Assembly (NCBI GenBank): GCA_963662945.1
Contig: OY759974.1
Coordinates: 320,001-384,000 of the forward strand
From: Arcobacteraceae bacterium
GTDB taxonomy: Bacteria > Campylobacterota > Campylobacteria > Campylobacterales > Arcobacteraceae
Direction: 5' to 3'
DNA: 64,000 bases
Position 1 is the first letter of the stretch; every line of letters starts with the position of its first letter. Shown here in pieces: positions 49,326 through 59,292 of this stretch. Position numbers and translations under genes: made by a program. The notes under the pieces are model-generated. The model was not told where the DNA came from and did no database searches. It saw only the letters and a list, made by a program, of their open reading frames with translations.

Positions 49326-49660
49326 TCTCTTATTTTCCATTGTTGGCAAATACTATTTTTATCTATACAAATATCTATAGTAGTTAGTGTACCATTGGTT
49401 AAAACTTGATACGAAGATATATTATCAAATAGTATATTTGTACCAAAATACAAACTATTATCTTGATATTGTATATTTTCAAGACCATTTTTAACTAAAA
49501 ACAATCTTGTGGTTTCAAGTTTGAGATTTGTAAAAGTTTGATACACTTTTGTAGTGTTTTTTCTATAAAGGTTAAAACTAATATCTGTAACCATTAAACC
49601 TATAATTGAAAACAATACGATACTAAATATCAACTCCAAAAGTACCATAGAGTTTTTCAA
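49322..49660 (-). CDS. hypothetical protein, prepilin-like N-terminus
   Basis: KNSMVLLELIFSIVL resembles a type IV pilin/T2SS N-terminal motif. Confidence 0.55.
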   Translation of the reverse strand: MKNSMVLLELIFSIVLFSIIGLMVTDISFNLYRKNTTKVYQTFTNLKLETTRLFLVKNGLENIQYQDNSLYFGTNILFDNISSYQVLTNGTLTTIDICIDKNSICQQWKIRE

Positions 49661-49672
49661 ACTAAAAGCTTC

Positions 49673-50518
49673 TTATAAAATATCGTGCAGTGTGTTTGCT
49701 TTTTCCATCCACTTATGGATAGAGTCATAATCCTCATCTTGAAGCATCTGTTTTATATTTTTCATATGATTTTCATATATATCTAAAGCTTCAATCATAT
49801 TGTCTCTATTTTGTCTAAAAACATCTGTCCACATATTTGGGCTTGATTTTGCAATTCGACTCATATCTTTAAAACCACCAGCAGCTAAGGTAATAATATT
49901 TTGTGGATCTTCGTGACTCATAACAGTATTTGCTAACCCAAAAGAGATAGCATGAGGCAAATGTGAGATATAACACGCATGGATATCATGTGTTGATGAA
50001 TCCATATGCACAATTCTCATAGCTATAGCATTAAAGATATCTAACACTCTAGTTCTATGAATCTCATCACAACTATCTAAATCACATAGCACTATAGTTT
50101 TCCCCTCATAGAGTCCATCTATAGCTGCACTTGGTCCAAACTTCTCAGTTCCTGTCATAGGGTGAGCTGGTACAAAGTTTTTCTTAATAGACTCAGGGAT
50201 ATTATCCACAATAAGCTTTTTTGTACTACCAAAATCTATTATTGTAGTATTTGAAGATGCTTTTTCCAAAGTAGGCATAAAAGAAACTATAGCATCCACA
50301 GGGATACACAACACTATCATATCACACTCTAGTAATTCATCTATTTCTACAATTTTATCAACAAGTCCTAACTCTAAAGCTTGTTTTTGATGTTCAGGGT
50401 TATGATCATACCCAACAACTTGAGATGATAGATTATATTTTTTTACAACTTTTGCAAATGACCCACCCATAAGTCCAAGACCCACTATACCAAATTTAAG
50501 TTTTTTAAATTGTTCCAT
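49673..50518 (-). CDS. tyrA: prephenate dehydrogenase
   Basis: GLGLMGGS, DFGSTK, AHPM.GTE, HD...ISHLPH, GFKDMSRIA. Confidence 0.93.
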   Translation of the reverse strand: MEQFKKLKFGIVGLGLMGGSFAKVVKKYNLSSQVVGYDHNPEHQKQALELGLVDKIVEIDELLECDMIVLCIPVDAIVSFMPTLEKASSNTTIIDFGSTKKLIVDNIPESIKKNFVPAHPMTGTEKFGPSAAIDGLYEGKTIVLCDLDSCDEIHRTRVLDIFNAIAMRIVHMDSSTHDIHACYISHLPHAISFGLANTVMSHEDPQNIITLAAGGFKDMSRIAKSSPNMWTDVFRQNRDNMIEALDIYENHMKNIKQMLQDEDYDSIHKWMEKANTLHDIL

Positions 50519-51000
50519 TATCTATTCCAAGCCTTTAAAATTCTATCTGTATTTCGTTTCATATCTTTCTCTTTTAAATCTTGTCGCTTATCGTGAAGCT
50601 TTTTCCCTTTTCCAATACCAATATTGAGTTTAACCATATTTTTATCATTGAAATACATCTTTGTTACAACAATAGTATAGCCATCTTTGGTTACTTTTTC
50701 AAAAAATTTATTCAACTGTTTTCTATGAAGTAAAATCTTTCTATCTCTATCTTCAGCTGGTCTAAAAGTAGTATGTGTAGTTTCTAAAGCTCCAATATGC
50801 ATATTTAAAATATACATCTCATTTTTAATAATTCGTACAAAACTATCTTTTAAGTTTACCCTACCCTCACGGATAGACTTCACTTCACTTCCTTGAAGCA
50901 CAAGCCCTACTTCTATCACATCACTAACTTCATAGTCATGAAATACTTTTTTATTTAAAAATTCTCGTGGTTTACTTTTTGTTTTATCTTTTTTTGCCAA
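50518..51000 (-). CDS. smpB: SsrA-binding protein
   Basis: [31 protein letters not shown]. Confidence 0.95.
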   Translation of the reverse strand: MAKKDKTKSKPREFLNKKVFHDYEVSDVIEVGLVLQGSEVKSIREGRVNLKDSFVRIIKNEMYILNMHIGALETTHTTFRPAEDRDRKILLHRKQLNKFFEKVTKDGYTIVVTKMYFNDKNMVKLNIGIGKGKKLHDKRQDLKEKDMKRNTDRILKAWNR

Positions 51001-51031
51001 TGGGTTCTTTCCTTACTATTGTGGAATTATA

Positions 51032-52375
51032 TCAAATATCATCTTTTTTTCCATAAGTTTCACTAGGTTCTGCTACCATTAAAGTGTCATCTATGTTATT
51101 TATATATTGATTATCTGTTACTCTCACTTGTCCATTCATAAGCATTGGAAGAAGCCAATCTCTAAGTTTTGCTAGTTCTTGGTTTTGTTTCTTACTCTGT
51201 ATCATTTGATTAAAAATTGGCTTTATAATTTTTTGAAATTTCAAATAAGATTCTTCTTTAAATACTATTTTTAAATGCTCAATAGAACTACTTGCATGAA
51301 GTAGTATTGAACCTGTGGCATATCTATGAATTGTTTTTATTATTTCATTATCACAAAATATACAATATATTAGACTATTATCAAATTTTCCAGATTTATC
51401 ATATATTTTTCTTAGTCCTCCAGAGATTGCACCTTTTAAGCCAAAACCTAACTTTCCAACTGAACCATCAAAAGTTACAATAACATCCCTTTCATTTACT
51501 ATTTTATAATTTTTATTTGTAGAATCTATATATACTGAACTTTCACTTTGTATGTCCCCAACTCTAAAAAATTTTACACACTTTTCATTCATTTTTAAAT
51601 TTAAATATTCAGAAGCCCCTGGTTCTATACCTTTTTCAAATTCTAAAAATTCTTGCAACTTTTTAACTTCCCAAGCCTCAGGAATCTCTCTTTTTAACTC
51701 TTGATTATAAACCATCTTCCCACCTGATGATTTATAAGGTTTTCCATTCTCATCGGGGAAATCAAATTGTACAAACCAATAATCATAAAGAATTTTTGCC
51801 ATAGCTTCTAGTTCTTTATTGATTTTATTATTTAGTTCTATTTTTGAATCTATATTTTTTAAAATAACAACAATATTATCTTGAATAGTTATATTTGGTA
51901 AATCAAATTCTAATTCTTTTATTACACTTATTGGTGGGAAATTAGGTATTGTTGAATCACCTTTTTTTCCAACTATTAAATTAACTAAGTAAAAATTAAA
52001 ATAATAATAAAAGAAATCATCATTTATCACTTTATTATTTAGTCTAATTCTTAATAATGCTTGATTTATTACACCAGATTCAGCATTTTCCCTTAATTGA
52101 TAAATAGCACCATAATTCACGCCAGAACAAGATACTAAAAAATCTTTCGGTTTCACTTCAAATTTATACATTTTTTTATCATAATACTCTTTTGAAATAT
52201 AATATCTACCAATAGATTCATCTTTTTGTAAAACAACACCTTGTTCATAAACTTTATATGTTGTATGGTCTTTTGGAACAAAAATTTCTTTTTTTAAATC
52301 TCCTCCAAATGGACCTCGTAAAAACCCTTTGTCTTTTAATACAACATCTTTAAATTTAAATTTATTTGTTTCCAA
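51032..52375 (-). CDS. hsdS: type I restriction-modification specificity subunit
   Basis: Two TRDs; IDSKIELNNKINKELE, WFVQFDFPDENGKPYKSSGG, LRDWLLPMLMNGQV. Confidence 0.92.
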   Translation of the reverse strand: METNKFKFKDVVLKDKGFLRGPFGGDLKKEIFVPKDHTTYKVYEQGVVLQKDESIGRYYISKEYYDKKMYKFEVKPKDFLVSCSGVNYGAIYQLRENAESGVINQALLRIRLNNKVINDDFFYYYFNFYLVNLIVGKKGDSTIPNFPPISVIKELEFDLPNITIQDNIVVILKNIDSKIELNNKINKELEAMAKILYDYWFVQFDFPDENGKPYKSSGGKMVYNQELKREIPEAWEVKKLQEFLEFEKGIEPGASEYLNLKMNEKCVKFFRVGDIQSESSVYIDSTNKNYKIVNERDVIVTFDGSVGKLGFGLKGAISGGLRKIYDKSGKFDNSLIYCIFCDNEIIKTIHRYATGSILLHASSSIEHLKIVFKEESYLKFQKIIKPIFNQMIQSKKQNQELAKLRDWLLPMLMNGQVRVTDNQYINNIDDTLMVAEPSETYGKKDDI

Positions 52376-53990
52376 GAGTTAACCCCATTAACTGCTTCTT
52401 TATCTCATCTTCCAAGACTTTTGATTCACTAAACATAGCTTTTAAATTATCACTAAATCTTTTCATCTTAGTATCGAACTCATCTTTAGTTATATCCACA
52501 TATTCTATTTTCACATCAAAATATTGCCCTGCAGAAAAAGAGTAATTTTTAGCTTTTATATCATTATAAGAAACAACTACAGAAAAATCATCAACTACTT
52601 TTTTATCATTAAAAGTATCTATGATTTGTTGTTCTTCTTTTTCATCTAAAACTGTTTTTTGGTTTTTACCCTCTTTTACAGTTTTCCCTAAATTTGAAGC
52701 ATCTATTAAAACTACGCCTTCTTTGTTTGTATCATCTATAAATATGATTGATACATTTGTTCCTGTTGTAGCAAAAATATTACTAGGCATTGATACAACA
52801 CCACCTAACATTTTGTTTTCAATTAGATGTTGTCTTATCTTTTTATCTATTCCACTTTGAGCAGTTATAAATCCAGTTGGTACTACAACGGCTGCTTTTC
52901 CACCTTTTTTTAGTGCATAAATAATATGCTGTAAAAACATACTATAAATAGACATAGACTCTTTTTTCTTTGCTGGTATTTTTGGAATACCTGCAAAAAA
53001 CCTATCGTGGTTTTCTTTAGAGTCTAAATCATCTCTATAATCACTAAAATCAGTTTTAAAAGGTGGATTTGATACGATATAATCAAACTTTTGTAAACTA
53101 TCTCCCTCTTTATGATATGGGCTTAAAAGAGTATTTCCTTTAATCACATTTGATATAGAATGAACAAGATTATTTAGAATCAAATTTAGTCGTAAAAGAC
53201 TTGATGACTTTTGAGATATATCTTGTGAGTAGAGACTACATCTATCTTCACCTATAGCGTGGGCGATGTTCATCAGAAGTGTTCCACTTCCTGCACTTGG
53301 GTCATAACAAGTTACGCTTTTAAGCTCTTCATTTTCTTTTACTAAAATAGCCGCCATAATTTTTGCAACCGCATGAGGTGTATAATATTCTGCATACTTT
53401 CCACCACTATCACTGTTATAATCTTTGATTAAGTATTCAAAAATAGTTGCATAGAAATCATACTTTTGATTAAAAATATTTTCAAAACTAAAAGCTACAA
53501 GTTTATTGACAATCGCTTTAAAAAAAGCATCTTTATCATCAATAATATATTTACTCAAAGTATCAAAAAGCTCTATTTTTGCTCCACCTTCTGTTTTTAC
53601 GGAAAAGATATCATTGTTTTCTATAGATATTTGATGTAAAGTATCATCAAAAGTTTGTGCAAAATCAGGACTGTCTTGTATATTAAATAAATGTGTTATA
53701 AGATACTCTGGTTTGAGCTTTGCAGCTTTTGCTCCTATTCGTCTTAGTATTTTATTTCTTTGTTCTTCACTTAAGTTTGTATAGTACTCTTCCCAACTTG
53801 GAGCATTTTTGATATTTTCATCTATCTTTTTTATCTCATAGGCAAATTTATCATTTAAAAATTTGTATAAAAATACTTGAGTGATGATTTTAAACTCATT
53901 TCCATCGTTTCCAAGTCCAAAGTTTGCACATACTGCTTTTAAATTATCTATTAACTTTTTTGTTTCTCTTTCAAACTCTACTATTACCAA
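52362..53990 (-). CDS. hsdM: type I restriction-modification N6-adenine methyltransferase
   Basis: EYYTP, YDPSAGSG, VSNPPF. Confidence 0.93.
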   Translation of the reverse strand: MVIVEFERETKKLIDNLKAVCANFGLGNDGNEFKIITQVFLYKFLNDKFAYEIKKIDENIKNAPSWEEYYTNLSEEQRNKILRRIGAKAAKLKPEYLITHLFNIQDSPDFAQTFDDTLHQISIENNDIFSVKTEGGAKIELFDTLSKYIIDDKDAFFKAIVNKLVAFSFENIFNQKYDFYATIFEYLIKDYNSDSGGKYAEYYTPHAVAKIMAAILVKENEELKSVTCYDPSAGSGTLLMNIAHAIGEDRCSLYSQDISQKSSSLLRLNLILNNLVHSISNVIKGNTLLSPYHKEGDSLQKFDYIVSNPPFKTDFSDYRDDLDSKENHDRFFAGIPKIPAKKKESMSIYSMFLQHIIYALKKGGKAAVVVPTGFITAQSGIDKKIRQHLIENKMLGGVVSMPSNIFATTGTNVSIIFIDDTNKEGVVLIDASNLGKTVKEGKNQKTVLDEKEEQQIIDTFNDKKVVDDFSVVVSYNDIKAKNYSFSAGQYFDVKIEYVDITKDEFDTKMKRFSDNLKAMFSESKVLEDEIKKQLMGLTLGNK

Positions 53991-56900
53991 TTATATACTC
54001 CATTGTATTCATTTAAATATTCTGTTGCTATCATAGTATTGATGTATCTAAAAGATTCATCATTTAATTTTATTTTATTGTTATCTTCAAACTCTACATC
54101 TACAATAGGCTGTGTTTCTGCTATAAAAAAGTTTTCATGTTTTAATATGGCACTGTTATTTAAAACTTTTTCATCAAGTTGCATTTTTATCTTCTCTAAA
54201 GCACTAAAAATCTTACTTTGTTTATCTGTTATATTGTTTTGTTTGATTCTTTTGTGCATTCTTGCATATTTTCTATCACCTTTGTATTTATCTTTTAAAA
54301 GATCATTTTGTCTATTTAATTCTCGAATTTTATTATCTATTTTTTTAAGTTCCCCAATATTCTCATTCATCTCGTCTTGGGTTATTTCACTTAGATTTTT
54401 ATTTTTAAATAATCTTTCAAGCTCCTCTTTTAAAGTGATATAAAGAGGGTCTTTTTTATCAAAATTATTTTGAAAAGCTTCTCTTGTTTTTCTCAATGTA
54501 TTTTTTAATTTATCCGCTAAAATAAGCTCCTCTTCACTTATCTTTGTAAATTTAAAAATAATATCTTCTAGGGCTAGATTTATGATATTTGTATTTTCAT
54601 CACCCTTTTCTAAAGCTTGTTTTTGATTTAAAAGATTTAAATGATTTGAAGCTTCTCTGTAAAGTAGATTTAACTTTCTAAAATCTAATTTTTCTAGTAA
54701 TTCAAAATGTCCAAATAGCCTTATGAGATTATATAGACTTTTTGCATTTTCAAGTGCTTTTTTTATCTCTTGCATCTTTTTAATATCTTGAATTTTGTTT
54801 ATTTGTTGTGAAAATAGTTCAGCATTTAAAGTGTCATATTCAAATAAAACATCTTTTATATTTTCTATTTCATCCGCTATCTCTTCTTTTGATTTAAAAA
54901 GTGAAGAGTAATATTCCATCTCATCACCAAGTTCATTTTGTAACTCTTCAAAATATGCTTTATTTGTAGCATCAAACTCTTTACTTATATCTGCAAAATC
55001 TACTACATAACCATATTTAAACTTTTTGTATGTACGATTTACTCTTGTAAGGGCTTGTAATAAGCCATGTTGTCTTATGATTCTACCTAGATAGAGCTTT
55101 TTAAGTCGTGGAGCATCAAAGCCCGTAAGAAGCATATTATAAACAAAAAGAAAATCTACCTTTCCATCTTTGAACTCTTCTACCCAATCTTTTCTATCCT
55201 GTTTTGTTCCTATATCGTGTAAAATGATTTTGGCTGTTAAATCTCCTTTTACTTTAATATCATCTGTTCCATAAGTTGTTTGAGGTTGGGCTACAAGTTG
55301 TGCAGAAAAGTTTACATTGTTACTAGCTTCTAGCTTTGTATATTTTGACTGAAATATCTCATACATTTTTTTAGCTTGTGCAGAACTATCACAAATAACC
55401 ATAGCTCCAATAGAATCATCATCAAATCTTACTTTGCTATTTTTAAAATCATTTACAATATAAGCTAACATTGGTTCTACAAATTTTTTATGAGAATAAA
55501 CTTCTTCTGTTTTTAAGTTACCTTGTAAAACTTCTATATCTTCAATTGCTTTTTGTAATTGTAACTTATAGTTTGTCTCTATCTCTTCCCTTATAAGCCT
55601 CAATGTATAACCATCAGCAATAGAAGAATTATAATAATACTTATGAATATAATTACCAAACAATGATTTTGAACTTGTATCTTCTCCTAGCAAAGGAGTT
55701 CCTGTTAGTCCAATTTTTATTGCATTTTTATCAGATGTTTCTAGGTTTGCTAAAAAACTTCCTTTTGGGTTATAACTTCGATGTACTTCATCTAGGAAAT
55801 AGACTCTTTGAATGTTAATATCATAATCTTGTATAGAGATAACATCTGGATCATCTTTAAACCTTTGGATATTTACTACTGTGATTTCATATTCACCTCT
55901 ATCATTATGAATAGCAGTAGTTTTTTTAATATCTTTTGCAAAATCATCACGAGTAGCAATAGTGTGAACTTTTAAACCTCTTGCTGTAAACTCTTTTTTT
56001 GCTTGTGTTAATAAGTCTAATCTATCAACAATAAAATAAAATTTTGGAATAACCCTTTTAGTTTGAAAATAGTTTGTCAGATATCTAACATTGTAAAAAG
56101 CAAGTGCTGTTTTACCACTTCCTTGGGTATGCCAAATGATACCTTTTTTTATACCATCATCAAGTTTACTTTCAATTGCTTTTGTTGCAAATATTTGAGG
56201 ATATCTCATAATATGTTTTTGTACACCATCTTTTGATTTGACATAAGCAATTCCAAACTCTAATAAAAACTTTAATCTATCTTTTGAAAACAACGAAGTA
56301 CTTAATCGGTTTGTTGAAGTTTCAGGTGATTTATTTGTAATAAATTCCGCATTGTTTTTTATCACTTCAAGATTATTATCTTTTAGTATATCATTTTCTG
56401 TTTCATCATCTAAATCTTTTAAAATATTTGCTAAATTTAGTTTTTCTTCTTCTCTAAAATAGTTAAAAATAGGATTTTTTGAAGGTGTAGCATAAAATGC
56501 TCCCTCTATTGGTTCAATAGAATTATCATCATATTCCATATTGTTAGAAAAAACCATAAGTTGTGTTATATTGATAAATTTTCTAAACCTATCATTTGAA
56601 AATCTAACATTTATTCTATCTCTCTCAGCTAATACACCATCTTTATTATTTGGTTTTTTAACCTCTATAAAAACCAATGGCATACCATTGATTAAAAGTA
56701 TAATATCAGGTCTAAACTCTTCATCACTATTTTTATATGGAAGTTCAGTAAGCACATGAAAAGAGTTATTTTCAAAATTTTCAAAATCAAGAAGTTTTAT
56801 ACCTGACTTTTCTATAATCCTCTGATAAAATGCTTTTCCTAAATCTTCATAGTCAAGTAGTAAAGAAACCTCTTCAAAAACTTTATTTGAATCTAAATCA

Positions 56901-57064
56901 TCTGTTTTGTTATTTATTCTCTCAATACTAGATTTAAAAATATCAACAAAAATATTTGTATTTATATCCCAGTTTGAGTCTTTTAAAGATAAATATTTAT
57001 AACCTAATCTCGTAAGGTGTAGTATGGATGGTATTTTTACTCTGCTGTCTTCATTGTATTTCAT
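53984..57064 (-). CDS. hsdR: type I restriction endonuclease R subunit
   Basis: RPD...IEVK nuclease motif, HTQGSGKT, DEVH, TGTP, MLLTGFDAP, QALTRVNR. Confidence 0.94.
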   Translation of the reverse strand: MKYNEDSRVKIPSILHLTRLGYKYLSLKDSNWDINTNIFVDIFKSSIERINNKTDDLDSNKVFEEVSLLLDYEDLGKAFYQRIIEKSGIKLLDFENFENNSFHVLTELPYKNSDEEFRPDIILLINGMPLVFIEVKKPNNKDGVLAERDRINVRFSNDRFRKFINITQLMVFSNNMEYDDNSIEPIEGAFYATPSKNPIFNYFREEEKLNLANILKDLDDETENDILKDNNLEVIKNNAEFITNKSPETSTNRLSTSLFSKDRLKFLLEFGIAYVKSKDGVQKHIMRYPQIFATKAIESKLDDGIKKGIIWHTQGSGKTALAFYNVRYLTNYFQTKRVIPKFYFIVDRLDLLTQAKKEFTARGLKVHTIATRDDFAKDIKKTTAIHNDRGEYEITVVNIQRFKDDPDVISIQDYDINIQRVYFLDEVHRSYNPKGSFLANLETSDKNAIKIGLTGTPLLGEDTSSKSLFGNYIHKYYYNSSIADGYTLRLIREEIETNYKLQLQKAIEDIEVLQGNLKTEEVYSHKKFVEPMLAYIVNDFKNSKVRFDDDSIGAMVICDSSAQAKKMYEIFQSKYTKLEASNNVNFSAQLVAQPQTTYGTDDIKVKGDLTAKIILHDIGTKQDRKDWVEEFKDGKVDFLFVYNMLLTGFDAPRLKKLYLGRIIRQHGLLQALTRVNRTYKKFKYGYVVDFADISKEFDATNKAYFEELQNELGDEMEYYSSLFKSKEEIADEIENIKDVLFEYDTLNAELFSQQINKIQDIKKMQEIKKALENAKSLYNLIRLFGHFELLEKLDFRKLNLLYREASNHLNLLNQKQALEKGDENTNIINLALEDIIFKFTKISEEELILADKLKNTLRKTREAFQNNFDKKDPLYITLKEELERLFKNKNLSEITQDEMNENIGELKKIDNKIRELNRQNDLLKDKYKGDRKYARMHKRIKQNNITDKQSKIFSALEKIKMQLDEKVLNNSAILKHENFFIAETQPIVDVEFEDNNKIKLNDESFRYINTMIATEYLNEYNGVYNW

Positions 57065-57123
57065 TAATTATCCAAATTGTTTACATTATTAAAACATTTA
57101 TTTTACAACAACTATCCAACTAT

Positions 57124-57152
57124 TTGACTTAAAAATCATTATCTGCTATAAT
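57124..57152 (+). promoter_or_regulatory. near-consensus sigma70 promoter
   Basis: TTGACT (57124-29), 17-nt spacer, extended -10 TGcTATAAT (hexamer 57147-52); no ORF downstream. Confidence 0.8.
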
Positions 57153-57158
57153 ACACTT

Positions 57159-57293
57159 ACAATTCGCCTACGGGCACACCCACTTTTTTAAGTGGGGTCA
57201 ATAAATTACTTCATTTAGGTGAAGCTACCGCTAAAAAGATTTTCTTTTTAGGTCAGGCTAAATTAAAGGGAACTATTAAAGTTCCCTTTTTTT
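57159..57293 (+). ncRNA. putative ~135-nt multi-hairpin non-coding RNA
   Basis: Lies between the consensus promoter and an intrinsic terminator; four hairpins, one with a C(UACG)G tetraloop; GC-richer than flanks. Confidence 0.65.
57265..57293 (+). terminator. intrinsic terminator, possibly bidirectional
   Basis: AAAGGGAACT-ATTAA-AGTTCCCTTT followed by T run; abuts the stop codon of the PemK-like gene. Confidence 0.8.
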
Positions 57294-57816
57294 ATATCCC
57301 TAAATATTTTTTAATAAACTCTTTTATTTTCTGAATATCTTCTACTTTAAGTTCAGGATATATCAAACTTTCCAATCTTTTTGTATCGATTGTTTTGATT
57401 TCATTACATATTACTAAGGAATCTTTTTCCAACCCTAAATACTTTAGCCTTTTTTGTTTATCAAAAAAACTTTTAGAAACTTCAGATTTTAATTCATAAT
57501 GAAAATGTTTTATTTTTGTCTTCTCTTTTTTAGAAGTAAGCGGCATCACTATAACTTTTTTATTGTAAGTAGCATGATTAAAATTATTGCTTGATATTAC
57601 GATACAAGGTCTTATTGTAGTCAGTTTTTCTTTAGAAAAGTGGCAACTAGTCTCACTACCAATATTTTCTCCGACTTCAAACCACCACAAACTCCAAGGC
57701 TGTATTCTAAACTTAACACTTCCATCTTTTTTATGATTTATATTTATTTTTCCATTAATGTGTTTTTTCTTATCGTTCCAGCTGTCCAGTCTATTATTTT
57801 TATCATCATACATCAC
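57292..57816 (-). CDS. PemK/MazF family endoribonuclease-like protein
   Basis: WW.EVGENIGSE, RPCIVIS...N, VMPLTS, S.VIC.EIKTID.KRL. Confidence 0.82.
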   Translation of the reverse strand: MMYDDKNNRLDSWNDKKKHINGKININHKKDGSVKFRIQPWSLWWFEVGENIGSETSCHFSKEKLTTIRPCIVISSNNFNHATYNKKVIVMPLTSKKEKTKIKHFHYELKSEVSKSFFDKQKRLKYLGLEKDSLVICNEIKTIDTKRLESLIYPELKVEDIQKIKEFIKKYLGI

Positions 57817-58472
57817 AACATCTCCCTATCACGAAAACTCAAAAAACCTTCCCTCGTAAATATCACATGATCTAGTAGTTCTATTCCTAAAATTTTTCCA
57901 GACTCTTGAAGTCTTTTTGTTACTTGCATATCTTCATGACTAGCTTCCAAAATGCCACTTGGATGATTGTGTGCTACTATGATACTCGCACATCTATTCT
58001 CAACAGCAGGGGCGAATACTTCTCTTGGATGTACTAAGCTTTGGTTGAGTGTACCTATGGTTATCACTCTTGTTTCACACAGATGATTCGCACCATCAAG
58101 ATACAAACACAAGAAATACTCTTGTCTTTTATCTTTGTAGCTTTTTAGCTCCTCATATACATCACTTGCATTTGTGATTTTTTTATTTTGTTTGATTAAG
58201 TATCTGCGAGAAAGTTCAAGGGCTGAGATGATTTGACTCGCTTTTGCAACTCCTAATCCATGTATAGTAAGAAGTTTTTCAAGATTTAAAGTATCAAAAT
58301 CATCTTCAAAGAGTTTGACTATCTCTCGTGAAAGTGCAAATACATCTTTCCCTTTGATACCACTTCCTAAAAGTATAGCTACTAGTTCATAATCTTTTAG
58401 AACTTTGACACCTTTTTGGAGTAGCTTTTCTCTTGGTTTATCGAAATTGTTTAGTTCTGTTATAGTTTTCAT
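57813..58472 (-). CDS. radC: RadC family JAB-domain protein
   Basis: KPREKL, ELVAILLGSG, GLG.AKA, VHPREVF, AHNHPSG...S.ED, LLDHVI. Confidence 0.93.
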   Translation of the reverse strand: MKTITELNNFDKPREKLLQKGVKVLKDYELVAILLGSGIKGKDVFALSREIVKLFEDDFDTLNLEKLLTIHGLGVAKASQIISALELSRRYLIKQNKKITNASDVYEELKSYKDKRQEYFLCLYLDGANHLCETRVITIGTLNQSLVHPREVFAPAVENRCASIIVAHNHPSGILEASHEDMQVTKRLQESGKILGIELLDHVIFTREGFLSFRDREML

Positions 58473-58530
58473 ATCTAACTATAACTAAATATAAAACAGT
58501 GTTTTAAAAATATTGCAGTTTGTTAAGTTT

Positions 58531-59292
58531 TTATTTTAGTTGAAAAAAGCTACTTCCACTTCCACTAAAAAAGTTTTTCCCATTTTCATAGATTTTTAGT
58601 TCTGGATAGACGCTTAATGCTGGTGCATATAAATCATTTGCTTCTTCTATAGATAAAGTTTCTAAAATATCTTTGCTTTTCATTGAAAGTAATTTTTGAG
58701 CCTCTTCTTTAGAAATCTCTTTATAAAACTTATCTCGAAATTTTGTAAAGATAGCACCTGTATTACACTCTATTTTAGGAGTAAAAGTTTGTATCTCCAA
58801 AACCTCTTCATCAAACTTTTCTACAATCTCTCCAATCCCTGTTACATTTGCACTATCATACTCATAGATGAAAAAAGGAACATCCGCACCAATCTTTGCT
58901 CCAATCTTAGCTAACTCATCACGACTAAGTTTCAAATCTGCCAGTATATTTACCATCAACATAAAAGTAGCACAGTTACTACTTCCACCACCTAGTCCTG
59001 CAAATTCTGGAATATTCTTCTCTACAACTACTTTATAGTTCTTGAATATTTCTTCTAAATTCTTAAACATACTGTATAGTTCTAAGTATGCTTTATAAAT
59101 AGTGTTTTTTTGGGTTTCACAACCAAAATCACCCTCTAAAGTAAACTCTTCAAACTCACCTTGTTCAAATCTTATTACATCATAAAGAGTATGTACTCGA
59201 ACAAATCGTGATACTATTTCGTGATAATTGTCTCGTTTACCAGCTATTTTTAAAAAGATATTTACTTTAGCATAAGATTTTTTTTCTATCAT
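58531..59292 (-). CDS. ispE: 4-diphosphocytidyl-2C-methyl-D-erythritol kinase
   Basis: AKVNIFL, P..AGLGGGSSN, GADVPFF, SGSGSS. Confidence 0.94.
   Translation of the reverse strand: MIEKKSYAKVNIFLKIAGKRDNYHEIVSRFVRVHTLYDVIRFEQGEFEEFTLEGDFGCETQKNTIYKAYLELYSMFKNLEEIFKNYKVVVEKNIPEFAGLGGGSSNCATFMLMVNILADLKLSRDELAKIGAKIGADVPFFIYEYDSANVTGIGEIVEKFDEEVLEIQTFTPKIECNTGAIFTKFRDKFYKEISKEEAQKLLSMKSKDILETLSIEEANDLYAPALSVYPELKIYENGKNFFSGSGSSFFQLK

Noticed and set aside
51032-52375. Phase-variable or invertible hsdS
   Set aside because: Single hsdS; no recombinase, silent TRD copies or long G/C tracts seen
57159-57293. tRNA, CRISPR array or type III (ToxI) repeat array
   Set aside because: No cloverleaf or T-loop, no repeat-spacer pattern, no tandem repeats, and it lies downstream and antisense rather than upstream of the toxin
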